DNA of 64,000 nucleotides, taken from positions 513,279 to 577,278 of the forward strand of contig JAWKKV010000002.1 in assembly GCA_041393015.1 (NCBI GenBank). The letters are read 5' to 3'. This DNA is from Chitinophagales bacterium (GTDB lineage Bacteria > Bacteroidota > Bacteroidia > Chitinophagales > JADIYW01). Made by a program: the position numbers and the translations under genes. Each line of letters opens with the position of its first letter. The first letter of the stretch is position 1. Below, piece by piece: positions 1 through 9,567 of this stretch. The notes beneath the pieces are model-generated. The model ran no database searches. It was given only the letters and a program-made list of their open reading frames with translations, and was not told the DNA's origin.

Positions 1-163
1 GTTCACCATCTGCTTTATGTCTTAAATTAACCAATTTGCCGCCTTCATTCAATTCCAAAAAATACGGTGAAAGCACATCGTCCGGTCTGACAATTGGATC
101 TTCACATGAATTGAATAACGTGACTAACAAAAAAAGAAGCAAATAATAGGGGCTTATTTTCAT
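1..163 (-). CDS. lipoprotein, 5'-partial at window edge (N-terminus MKISPYYLLLFLLVTLFNSCEDP...)
   Basis: The reverse-complement reading frame is open from the ATG at 163-161 to the window start. It has a signal peptide followed by a Cys lipobox (FNSC). Confidence 0.4.
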   Translation of the reverse strand, partial: MKISPYYLLLFLLVTLFNSCEDPIVRPDDVLSPYFLELNEGGKLVNLRHKADGE

Positions 164-274
164 CTTTGGTTTAATTTAAATAATCTTGAAAATAATAATT
201 TAAAAGCATATCAAAAATTGAATTGTTGATGTACGAATTGAAATAAATTGTTATCGTAATGAATCAACTATCTA

Positions 275-1885
275 TTATTTAAGTACTCTTGGATTTAATC
301 TAATGATCGCTGAGAAGGTATAATCTGTATGAACATCGTAATCAACTTTATTATAATAAGTACTATTGGTTCTATCAATTAAACCTTGATTGATAATCAT
401 ACGAAAAGCAACGAAAGAAGATACATTAAAAGTAAGCCCTGCATAAGCTCTAACATCCATCCTAGAAATACCGTAATTTGATATATTAGCTAATACCTTA
501 TAAGATTCGATTTCTTGTTGCGGCAAGTTATATATATTGGTTACAACAGCCTCAGGAAAGGTAATATTAGTTGGTCTAACATAAGCTAAGGAAAAACCAC
601 CACTAAAGTAGAGCCAAGAAGTCATTTTTACATTTACACCAATAGGTAACTCAAATGAATTTAATTTTTCAACTATGGAAACCTCATCTATAATTATTCC
701 TTGATTATCATCTCTCCAAACAGATTCTGCAGCAAACACATTAGAGATTTTCTTGTAAACCAAACCGGTTTCAATACTTACCTTGCTGTTTAACTGATAA
801 ACATAAGTCAAACCAATCGTTAAATTGGGTCCACCTCCGGTTACCTCATTGATTAAGGGGTTTTCAATTTTATCTTTACCATTTTCAATAGGAATACTTA
901 ATCCTAAACCAGCTTGTATCCTAATCTCCCAATTCTTTTGTTTTTTAGCTTCCCAATCGATATCATCTGATTGTTTAACCTCACCATTCTTACTCTTAGC
1001 ATCTTCATGAGGATTATTCGGAGGTAAGAAACTAATCTTTTCTAAAGCCACTAAAGCATTTATACTTTTTGTGATCTCATTGGTACGTTTTTCAAGGTAG
1101 TCCATCTTAGAATCAATGATCTCGTCTATTTGAGATAATTGATTATTGTTAGAAGCATCTGCTACTGATTGATTTGAGATTCGGCCATTAATAATAGAAT
1201 TATCCTTTATGTTGGTAGGAATGAAGTTATTGCCTCCATGATCATTATTGATGAAGGTAGTAATATTGCTGCTCGAATTTGATTTGTCTACCGAAGCATT
1301 TTTAAGAACATTACCATTAACTGCTGAATGATCAGCAGTTGTTGCGCCATTATTTATTGCTGATTGATTAGAGTTGTTCCAATCAGCTGATCCATTTTTT
1401 GAAGACGAAGAATAGACATTAGCCGATGAAGTGTTAGTGCTACTTATTGCATTTGATACACTATTTTTTGAAGAGCTAGTAATCGGTTTATCCATATCAA
1501 AACTCGTATTCGTAGCCTTATTAACTTGCTTCCTATCAGAACGATTATAGATAGGTTGGTTTGATATCGCACTATTTACGGTGTTGTCCCTTCTTGATCT
1601 AATTATAGATTGATCTTCAGATAAAACATTGCTATTGTCAACTTCAAAAGAGCTAACAATTGAATCAATATTACTATCTGCCAATGTACCTTTAGGTTGG
1701 TCATTTTTTAATACTAGAAATAACGGTACTGATAATAGTGCAATAAAAAGTAATCCGTAATACTTACTACGGCTCTTTTTAGCTATTCCTTGCCTTTTTT
1801 GAAAGTCCTCCCAATATTTCTCTTCAAATGGGACTTCATATTCAAGCAATTTATCTTTAATAATATTTTCCTGTCTCAGATTCAT
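275..1885 (-). CDS. anti-sigma-like membrane protein. It has a single TM helix, a long Asn/Ser-rich low-complexity linker, and a C-terminal region resembling an outer-membrane beta-barrel.
   Basis: Provided ORF. One hydrophobic segment at about aa 40-60. About 200 aa of N/S-rich linker. The C-terminus has alternating hydrophobic beta-strand periodicity. It overlaps the upstream ECF sigma gene by 29 nt, implying co-transcription. Confidence 0.45.
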   Translation of the reverse strand: MNLRQENIIKDKLLEYEVPFEEKYWEDFQKRQGIAKKSRSKYYGLLFIALLSVPLFLVLKNDQPKGTLADSNIDSIVSSFEVDNSNVLSEDQSIIRSRRDNTVNSAISNQPIYNRSDRKQVNKATNTSFDMDKPITSSSKNSVSNAISSTNTSSANVYSSSSKNGSADWNNSNQSAINNGATTADHSAVNGNVLKNASVDKSNSSSNITTFINNDHGGNNFIPTNIKDNSIINGRISNQSVADASNNNQLSQIDEIIDSKMDYLEKRTNEITKSINALVALEKISFLPPNNPHEDAKSKNGEVKQSDDIDWEAKKQKNWEIRIQAGLGLSIPIENGKDKIENPLINEVTGGGPNLTIGLTYVYQLNSKVSIETGLVYKKISNVFAAESVWRDDNQGIIIDEVSIVEKLNSFELPIGVNVKMTSWLYFSGGFSLAYVRPTNITFPEAVVTNIYNLPQQEIESYKVLANISNYGISRMDVRAYAGLTFNVSSFVAFRMIINQGLIDRTNSTYYNKVDYDVHTDYTFSAIIRLNPRVLK

Positions 1886-2420
1886 TTAAATAATGCTGCT
1901 GTATTAATGGTATTATCGCTTTTCTTGCTTCAGCTAAATGCCATCTTGATGTATTAATATTTATATTCAGTTTTTCACTTATTTCTTTATGGCTATAGCC
2001 GTCAACTACGTAGAGTAAAAAAACTGTTTTATGATCGATATTTATTTTGTCAATTAACTTTAAAATATACTCAGTATCTAAATTCTCGGTTATCTCAACA
2101 TTCATATAAGTTATGTTGGATTCCACTTCTTCTTCTAAGTACGTTTCGTTTAAATTTTTCTTGTTCTTTCTAATTCTATCTATACATTCATTAATCGTTA
2201 TAGAAGACATCCATTTTTTCAAATCTCTATCTACTTGAAACTTGTCAATATTTTTAAAAACTTTAAGAAAAACATCTTGACAAGCTTCTAAAGCTTCCTC
2301 TCTAGGCAAATATCTTACACAAATAGCCATTACATAGCCAAAGTAGTGCTTGTAAAATGCCTTTTGAGCATAAGCATCTCCATTCATAAGGTTCGTTATG
2401 AGATGCTTATTAATTAGCAT
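1857..2420 (-). CDS. ECF-type RNA polymerase sigma-70 factor
   Basis: About 187 aa, with sigma-70 region 2-like and region 4-like segments (HTH near the C-terminus). It is followed directly by the membrane protein, the typical sigma/anti-sigma arrangement. Confidence 0.8.
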   Translation of the reverse strand: MLINKHLITNLMNGDAYAQKAFYKHYFGYVMAICVRYLPREEALEACQDVFLKVFKNIDKFQVDRDLKKWMSSITINECIDRIRKNKKNLNETYLEEEVESNITYMNVEITENLDTEYILKLIDKINIDHKTVFLLYVVDGYSHKEISEKLNININTSRWHLAEARKAIIPLIQQHYLNESETGKYY

Positions 2421-2753
2421 AAATACATTCTAAAGGTTCCTTACTGTTAGTACGTAAGCTATAATGGTTCCGTTGGTGATATAAGGAAATTTTTAATTTA
2501 AGAGGAAAGTTAGTACTAATAGCAACCTCAGAAAAAAACAAGTGGTTTGTTTTTTTCATTATTTCGGCTAGACTTTTAGTGTATTTATCCATCTATTAAT
2601 ATTTAAATCACAACCAATAACATAGATTATAATGTTCTAATCTTCTGATTACCTATTGGTTAAATACGAAATCTAAATACTAAGGTCTACAATTACTTGA
2701 TTAAAACATAATTTTTATGAAAAAGCTATTTAAACAATTGTTGAAAGCATTTC

Positions 2754-4355
2754 CTATTTGACTTTTAACAAATCTAGAATCAAGTTTTTGTTTAACACAG
2801 AAGAGGCTGTTAGCACCCCAGCCATTCCTGCACCACCAATTCCAGCGCTTAGGATATCTTGCCCTGTTAGATAAAAGTTTTTAATAGGTGTTTTAGGTCT
2901 AAGAGATTTTAACCTAAATCGTTCTGGAGTATGCTCTAAACCATAGATTTCGCCATGATCATAATTAGCAAAATGTTTGGTTGAAAGCGGTGTAGATAAT
3001 TCATGATAATCTATTTTTCCTCTCAATTGCGGTAATCGTTGGTATAATTTCTCTAATAATTTAAGGCTAATCTCTTCTTTAAAATCTTCATATTCCTGAC
3101 CTCTTTTCTTCCATCTACTATCTTCCCATTTAGTAAACCATTCATATGGCGCCAAGGTGATAATCTCAACAGTACTTTTGCCTGGAAAACGCTTTTCGAA
3201 TTCAGGATCCTTAGCGGATGGAAAAGATATATACACCACAGGAAACTCATTGTTCTCAGGATCTTTGAGGTAATTTTCTATGTTTTCATCATGATCATAA
3301 TTATCAGGATAAATCCAAAAATTAGCTTTTGGCAAGTTTACTGCTTCGCTTGTTTCTTTGATACCAATGTAGAGTGAAACGTGTCCAACAGATGGCGGAA
3401 TCGCTTTGTATTTTTCCACAGGAAATTTGGACAATACATTCTTAGGGATTAAATGATTGATTGTAGTGGATAATCCTGCGCCACTGATGATTGCATTGCC
3501 CATGATTTCTCGTCCATCTTTCATAACGACACCAACCGCCGTACCATTTTTGATCAAAACTTCCTTAACCGCAGCATTTGTAACTACGTTGCCGCCATTG
3601 TTTAATATTTCAGGAGCTATTTTATCGAAAAAATTCACAGAACCACCTACTGGATAAGCGCCACCATTATGCATATAATGTTTAGCCACTGCCGCATGCA
3701 TCACAAAACTACTTTTGGTAGGAGGTAAGCCGTAATCACCATATTGTCCCGCTAAAACGCCTTGCAATTTAGGATCGCTCGTACATTCGCTAAGTACTTG
3801 CTTGGTTGTTTTGTTGGAATAATTTAAATATGATTTTCTTAAAAAACCTGATGTCAAAAATCGGACAGTTTCCGGTAATATTTTTTCTGCATAATAAGTT
3901 CTAGCCGCAGCACTTACAGCAAACAACTCTTTTACATATTTATCAATTCCCTTAGCCTCGTTAGGAAAATGTTCTTTCATTCTATCTTTGAAGTTGCTAA
4001 TGCCTTTAACAAAATCATAAGTGGTATCTCCAAATACAATTCTATCGTAGACGTCTCCCATATCTGCCCATTCCATTTCTCCATTCGATAAATGGTTGAA
4101 CAATCGATACATCATGGTGCCCGGCTTATGAACATCGCCTACATAATGCACGCCAACATCCCACTCATATTCTGGTCTTGAAAAAACATGTGTAAATCCA
4201 CCAGGCGTGTAGTGTTTTTCTAAAATCAACACTTTTTTACCCTGTTTTGCTAAGAGGTTTGCAGTTGTTAAACTCCCTAATCCTGAGCCAATACAAATAG
4301 CATCATAATAGTCATCAATATCAGGTCTTTGTTTGTATGATTGAGATAAATCCAT
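2754..4355 (-). CDS. FAD/NAD(P)-binding oxidoreductase (phytoene desaturase/CrtI-like amine-oxidase superfamily)
   Basis: N-terminal dinucleotide-binding motif DAICIGSGLGSL...ILEKH..GG, characteristic of the CrtI-like family; 533 aa. Confidence 0.7.
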   Translation of the reverse strand: MDLSQSYKQRPDIDDYYDAICIGSGLGSLTTANLLAKQGKKVLILEKHYTPGGFTHVFSRPEYEWDVGVHYVGDVHKPGTMMYRLFNHLSNGEMEWADMGDVYDRIVFGDTTYDFVKGISNFKDRMKEHFPNEAKGIDKYVKELFAVSAAARTYYAEKILPETVRFLTSGFLRKSYLNYSNKTTKQVLSECTSDPKLQGVLAGQYGDYGLPPTKSSFVMHAAVAKHYMHNGGAYPVGGSVNFFDKIAPEILNNGGNVVTNAAVKEVLIKNGTAVGVVMKDGREIMGNAIISGAGLSTTINHLIPKNVLSKFPVEKYKAIPPSVGHVSLYIGIKETSEAVNLPKANFWIYPDNYDHDENIENYLKDPENNEFPVVYISFPSAKDPEFEKRFPGKSTVEIITLAPYEWFTKWEDSRWKKRGQEYEDFKEEISLKLLEKLYQRLPQLRGKIDYHELSTPLSTKHFANYDHGEIYGLEHTPERFRLKSLRPKTPIKNFYLTGQDILSAGIGGAGMAGVLTASSVLNKNLILDLLKVK

Positions 4356-4489
4356 GTAAAAATTTGATTGTAAAAGTAAACAAGTAATTAAACGACATGT
4401 TTACTGTTAATAATTGAAATCACTTTAAAACGTTGAATATACTATCTTAAAGGAAGTTCTATTGCAAAAGCCAATTAAAATTTCAAACT

Positions 4490-4981
4490 ATGAATAATAA
4501 TGTTGAAGAAAAAAAATGGAGGAAGTTAGATGGAACAAGATTAGACAAATCCATTATTGAAGCTGTTGAAGAAGCGATTGTTCGAGAAACAGCATCAGGT
4601 CATAAACTGAAAGCTTGTATAGGAACTGATTCTCAGGTATATGGCGATAGAATTGAATATGCAACGGTAATTGTGATTTTAAGAGAGGGCAGAGGAGGCT
4701 TTATGTTTATTAGTAACACACGAGAACGTCGAGTTATCGGCATAAAAGAAAGAATGCTAAATGAAGTGGCCATGTCGATTGACATTGCTTATAAATTATG
4801 TGATTTATTTGAGCTATACGGAGTGGATCTGGAAGTTCATGCAGACATTAATACCAATCCTCAATTTAAATCTAATAAAGCTTTAAATGAAGCTATGGGC
4901 TATATCTTAAGTATGGGATTTATTTTTAAAGCAAAACCAGATGCTTTCGCAAGTTCAAGCTGTGCCAATAAAGTAGTTTAA
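4490..4981 (+). CDS. YkuK/DUF458-family RNase H-like protein
   Basis: 163 aa; pattern KLKACIGTDSQ...ATVIVI...GFMFI, typical of the YkuK family. Confidence 0.55.
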   Translation: MNNNVEEKKWRKLDGTRLDKSIIEAVEEAIVRETASGHKLKACIGTDSQVYGDRIEYATVIVILREGRGGFMFISNTRERRVIGIKERMLNEVAMSIDIAYKLCDLFELYGVDLEVHADINTNPQFKSNKALNEAMGYILSMGFIFKAKPDAFASSSCANKVV

Positions 4982-5581
4982 TTAAAGTCTTTTGTTGATT
5001 TCGTCCTGCAATTTTCTTCGAAGCTTTTGCTCTTCTTCCATTGCTTTGTTTTTGTAATTACTAAATTCTTCCATTACTTCATTATGCGCTTTTTTGGTTT
5101 GAGCAGTTACACTTTTACTACTAGCAAATCGCATGATAAAAATAAGTAGCAATACGCCTAAAGCAGCTATTATAGCCCACATAATGCTTTTGTAAGCAGC
5201 CTTTTTCAACATTATGCCGAAGAAACTAATTTTATCCTTTTCGTTATTTACTTTATCTAATGAGCTATTAGTATTATCTAAAAGCTCTTTTAAAGAATTG
5301 ATTTCCTTTTTTTGTTCGTTGATTAGAGAATGCGTTTCTTTTAATTCTTTTTTAACCACATTTAAAGAATCCGCTACATTCGATTCTAACTGATTCAACC
5401 AAGTTTGCTTGACCACACGATAGTCTTGATAACGATTAGAATTAGAATTAATATAGTCAAATTGCTCTTTAATACTGCCGTTACTTAAATCTTTAGCAAC
5501 AACTTCTTCTTGCGAAAAAATAGCAGAGATTTGAAAAAGTAAGAAAAGAGCCGTGGTTAGAAATATTTTTGAGTTAGTCAT
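4982..5581 (-). CDS. hypothetical coiled-coil membrane protein (signal peptide, C-terminal TM helix)
   Basis: Provided ORF. N-terminal signal-like segment, a heptad-rich middle region, and a hydrophobic helix near aa 135-155. Confidence 0.4.
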   Translation of the reverse strand: MTNSKIFLTTALFLLFQISAIFSQEEVVAKDLSNGSIKEQFDYINSNSNRYQDYRVVKQTWLNQLESNVADSLNVVKKELKETHSLINEQKKEINSLKELLDNTNSSLDKVNNEKDKISFFGIMLKKAAYKSIMWAIIAALGVLLLIFIMRFASSKSVTAQTKKAHNEVMEEFSNYKNKAMEEEQKLRRKLQDEINKRL

Positions 5582-5756
5582 TTATGCTTCATCTAAATTT
5601 ACTTAAAAATTAAAGTGTTTTTGAAATGATATTTCTATTGAATATAACACCACATTGCACATTTAATTATGTAAAACTAAAAAAAAAGAAATTTTAAGCA
5701 ATTAATGTATAGATTTATTAGCAGTCATGCAACTTTAATAATATAACAATTGGAGA

Positions 5757-6143
5757 TTAAACAGGTTCAAACCAGAGTTTAATTGAATCTTTTTGATCGC
5801 CTTGATAATTGATAAAAATTTCGTCTCCTGGAGCAACAGGTTGGATACATTTTATTGTAACGGTTGCATGATCTACACTTGACAAAACCTCTGCATTCGG
5901 CGTTTCGCTATGATTATAAATTGAACCATATCCTAAAACGATAGCTATTGCACCTTTAGGTTTATTCCATAAAAAGTAATAATCGTACAATAATGTTTTA
6001 TCTATTAAAGGTTTCTGATCAGATGGTAATACCACCACTGGACAAACTTCAATGATATCGCCAATAGCTATTGGTTGTGCCGTAAACATTCCACGGCCTC
6101 TATCTTCAGAAGGAGCAATATATAATCCAGGAATATGTAGCAT
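5757..6143 (-). CDS. SET-domain protein (putative protein-lysine methyltransferase)
   Basis: GRGMFA...GDIIEV, then a YNHSExPN motif (NHSCxPN-like), then a C-terminal GDEIFINY motif. This is the canonical SET-domain motif order in a 128-aa protein. Confidence 0.55.
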   Translation of the reverse strand: MLHIPGLYIAPSEDRGRGMFTAQPIAIGDIIEVCPVVVLPSDQKPLIDKTLLYDYYFLWNKPKGAIAIVLGYGSIYNHSETPNAEVLSSVDHATVTIKCIQPVAPGDEIFINYQGDQKDSIKLWFEPV

Positions 6144-6147
6144 ATAG

Positions 6148-6549
6148 TTAGTCTACCACCCGATTAATTTCAAATCCAATAATATCAACTGGATCCTTGC
6201 CTTTATAATTACTGCCAGGTCTTTCTGCATAATAACAGGCAAAAACAATTCCTCTCAAACCAATATTCAACTGTCTTAATAGGGCGTAAATTGCCCCGTT
6301 TTTTTCTTTTGTATTCGAACTTAAATAAACTACCAATTTTAAAACAAAACCAGGCATAAAGCTAAATATTGCCAATAAATCATTTAAATCGCTAACATCA
6401 TTACTTGGTGCGTAGCCAATAATCTCATCAACGTGCTCTAAACCTCCATATTCGGAAAAGGAAGGAAACTCTCCATTTTTAGGAATATAAATATCCCCAA
6501 ATCTATTTAGTCCTTTAAGCGCTCTATTACTTAAATATGCTGATTTCAT
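6148..6549 (-). CDS. hypothetical protein, possible small partner subunit of the adjacent GMC oxidoreductase
   Basis: Provided ORF. Its stop lies 4 nt from the next gene and its start 9 nt after the GMC gene. No recognisable motif. Confidence 0.35.
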   Translation of the reverse strand: MKSAYLSNRALKGLNRFGDIYIPKNGEFPSFSEYGGLEHVDEIIGYAPSNDVSDLNDLLAIFSFMPGFVLKLVVYLSSNTKEKNGAIYALLRQLNIGLRGIVFACYYAERPGSNYKGKDPVDIIGFEINRVVD

Positions 6550-6557
6550 CTCGATTT

Positions 6558-7940
6558 TTATTTTATTAATTGCTCACTTAATCTTTGAGATAAAGCAAAA
6601 ATGGTTAATGAAGGATTTATTCCTGGGGCATTAGGATATAAACTACAATCGCAAACATAAACACGATTGGAGCCATGTAATTTAAAATCAGGAGCTACAA
6701 CTGATTTAGCACCATCGACACCCATTTGAGCGCCGCCCATTAAATGGAGTCCAAAGTAAAAAGGTGCATGAATCACTTCTTTAGCGCCTGATTCGACCAT
6801 GATATTATGAACGGCCTCTAAACCCGCATCTCTTCGCTGCATATCTTGATCTGTTAGGTTTTTCTGAACGACTAACTTTCCTTTTTTATCTAATTTAATT
6901 TCTCCCGTATTCTCATCTCTCACTGCCGTTTCAATACAAGTAATGTGTTTGTACTTCATCATCTTTTCTTGATGGGCCACACCATATTGTTTAAACAGCA
7001 TGGCAATTGAAACAGGCCCTGCAAATACGCATTCTAATTTAAATCCCTTTTGTCTAAAATTAGGATCTTTTGATGCTACAGTTTGGAAAAAACCTTTGTG
7101 TGAATTGATCTCTTCATCGTGTACACCAAAATTCATATACTGAGGATGAGAAGAGAAGTCTTTACCTAAAGTCGATAATTTTTCTTTTATGCCTGATTGA
7201 AATAGCATTTTTGTCGTACCAAAAGCTCCTCCTGCTAAAATTACATTCTTAGCTTTAAATTTAACTTTAGTGCCTTTTGTTGTTCCATACACATAAACAG
7301 CATCAGCTGTTTCTTCAAAATGACTAATTTCTGTTTCTGCAATTACCTTAAGTCCTTCTTTTTCTCCTTTTTGAATGTAAGTAGCCATAGTGCTTTGCTT
7401 GGAGTCGCGATGACATCCACCTAAACAAGCGATACAATCATTGCCTTTCTCTAACCCACAATCATCTTGTCCACGATGTAAAAAGTCCCATTTGTAACCT
7501 AATTTATCGCATGATTTGGCAAAGAATTGAGCATTTTTACCCATTTCTTCTCGCTTAAAATCATAAATAGACAAAAAATCAGAGACTGTATCATAGGCCG
7601 ACTTCATATCTTGCTGATTAAAGAAATCTACACCGGATTGTGCTTTCCAATCATTAAATGCAATATCATCGAAACGATCTAAAAGCGCTTGGTTAACAAT
7701 TGAAGTTCCACCTACTAACCTTGCTCTTAAAAAAGCCATTTTAGCACTTTCATCAAACTCAATTCCACCGCCCCAATATAACTGGGCAGAAACATCAGCC
7801 TCATTTTTAGGGAAAGTATCTTTTCTGAAAAATTTACCAGCCTCTAATAGTACTACATCGGCTCCGGCTTTATTTAAGTTGTAAGCTACTACACCACCAC
7901 CAGGACCAGAACCGACAACTATGTATTCATAAGTTTTCAT
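6558..7940 (-). CDS. GMC-family FAD-dependent oxidoreductase
   Basis: N-terminal YEYIVVGSGPGGGVVA...LLEAG motif, and the C-terminal GMC signature region (...PSLTIFALSQRL). Confidence 0.8.
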   Translation of the reverse strand: MKTYEYIVVGSGPGGGVVAYNLNKAGADVVLLEAGKFFRKDTFPKNEADVSAQLYWGGGIEFDESAKMAFLRARLVGGTSIVNQALLDRFDDIAFNDWKAQSGVDFFNQQDMKSAYDTVSDFLSIYDFKREEMGKNAQFFAKSCDKLGYKWDFLHRGQDDCGLEKGNDCIACLGGCHRDSKQSTMATYIQKGEKEGLKVIAETEISHFEETADAVYVYGTTKGTKVKFKAKNVILAGGAFGTTKMLFQSGIKEKLSTLGKDFSSHPQYMNFGVHDEEINSHKGFFQTVASKDPNFRQKGFKLECVFAGPVSIAMLFKQYGVAHQEKMMKYKHITCIETAVRDENTGEIKLDKKGKLVVQKNLTDQDMQRRDAGLEAVHNIMVESGAKEVIHAPFYFGLHLMGGAQMGVDGAKSVVAPDFKLHGSNRVYVCDCSLYPNAPGINPSLTIFALSQRLSEQLIK

Positions 7941-7950
7941 TAGTTATGTA

Positions 7951-9516
7951 TTATTTTATTTGCTCCTTTTTACCAATAGAATCTGCTTTTAAGCCATTCT
8001 TCGCAAATTTCAACCAGTTTTTACTTTTTCTGAAATAAGCATTAGTGATTTCACTTAGCATTTTATATTTAGTAGCAGTAAATGGATACCAATGTGGATC
8101 TATAATAGAGCCTTGCGCATCATATAAAATAGATTTAGAATTGGAAAAGGTATGTAATCCATGATCTCCTTTATATCTGCCAATTCCACTATCTTTTACA
8201 CCTCCAAATGGAAGAGCAGCATTGGCTTCTGTAAGCATATGATTATTGACAGAAACATTACCCGTTTTAATAGCTTTTGCTACTCTTTCTGCACGCTTCA
8301 TATCTTTCGACCAAACCGAAGCAGATAAACCATAATTAGAATCATTGGCTAAGTCAATCGCTTCTTGCTCTGTTTTAAACTTCATAACGGCTACCACTGG
8401 ACCGAAGGTTTCTTCATATCCCAAAAGCATATCATGAGTAACATCAGCCACCACAGTTGGTAACATATGATGAGAACCTCTTTCCGTAATTCCGCCGCAT
8501 AAAACTTTCGCCCCCTTAGCAATAGCATCATCAATATGTTCTTCAATTACCTTAATCTGGGCAGGAGAGGTGATACATCCAACATCGCATTCATCCGGTT
8601 GGCTTGTATCTCTATTTTCGTTTGAAGTTCTTAGTTTCTTGGTTTTATCAACTAATTCCTTTACAAATTCATCGTAAATAGTATCCTGAACATACAACCT
8701 TTCAATGGAAGTACAAGATTGACCTGCAGTGGTAAATGCTCCCCACATGACACCATTGACTGTTCTACTAATATTCACATCATCAAATACAATGGCTGGG
8801 TCTTTACCGCCTAATTCAAGATCTACAGGAATTAATTGCTTTGCGGCTTCTCCCATAATTATTTTACCCGCTCTTACACTGCCTGTAAAATGGATTTTAT
8901 CCGGTCGCTTATTAATCAATTTAGCCCCGGTCTCTCTGCCTCCATATACAAATTGAAAAGCGTCTTTAGGAAACTTAGTATCCTCAAGCATTTTTTCCCA
9001 TAAACCTTTCAAAGGTGTTATTTCTGAGGGTTTTATGATAGTTGCATTACCCGCAATAAAAGCTAAAATACTAGGCACAAAACCTTGTACAAAAGGATAA
9101 TTCCAAGGTGTAATCACTAAAATGGTTCCGAGAGGTTCGTAAACAATTCTTGATTTTTTACCCAACATCATAATTGGAGTATGTGCCTTTACTTCCTTTA
9201 ATATTTTTTTTGAATGACCTTTATAGTAATCTACCACATCACAAACGGAGAAGATTTCTGAAGTAAAAGCATCAAATCTTGATTTGCCCGTTTCTTCAAT
9301 CAACTTGTCAATGATATAATCTGAGTGATCTAAAATCCATTCTTTCAAATTAACCACATGTGCGATTCTTTCTTCACTAGAAAGTTTTTGAATCACTTTT
9401 TCGGCGGCATGCGCTTTGGCATAAACCGCGTTAATAGCTTCATCCGTTTGATCCGTGATGGTATAAAGTTGTTGATTGGTAATTGGATTGATAACTGGAA
9501 TAGTAAGTGGCTCCAT
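7951..9516 (-). CDS. NAD(P)-dependent aldehyde dehydrogenase
   Basis: ELGGKDP motif and a catalytic Cys in the context GQSCTSIERLYV; 521 aa. Confidence 0.85.
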   Translation of the reverse strand: MEPLTIPVINPITNQQLYTITDQTDEAINAVYAKAHAAEKVIQKLSSEERIAHVVNLKEWILDHSDYIIDKLIEETGKSRFDAFTSEIFSVCDVVDYYKGHSKKILKEVKAHTPIMMLGKKSRIVYEPLGTILVITPWNYPFVQGFVPSILAFIAGNATIIKPSEITPLKGLWEKMLEDTKFPKDAFQFVYGGRETGAKLINKRPDKIHFTGSVRAGKIIMGEAAKQLIPVDLELGGKDPAIVFDDVNISRTVNGVMWGAFTTAGQSCTSIERLYVQDTIYDEFVKELVDKTKKLRTSNENRDTSQPDECDVGCITSPAQIKVIEEHIDDAIAKGAKVLCGGITERGSHHMLPTVVADVTHDMLLGYEETFGPVVAVMKFKTEQEAIDLANDSNYGLSASVWSKDMKRAERVAKAIKTGNVSVNNHMLTEANAALPFGGVKDSGIGRYKGDHGLHTFSNSKSILYDAQGSIIDPHWYPFTATKYKMLSEITNAYFRKSKNWLKFAKNGLKADSIGKKEQIK

Positions 9517-9567
9517 TATTTTAATTCTTTTGGCTTGACAATAATATACATATCAATATTAACTAAA

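Noticed and set aside
2410-2592. 60-aa ORF overlapping the 5' end of the ECF sigma gene
   Set aside because: It is in a different frame across the sigma start region and has no recognisable features. It is most likely a non-coding leader.
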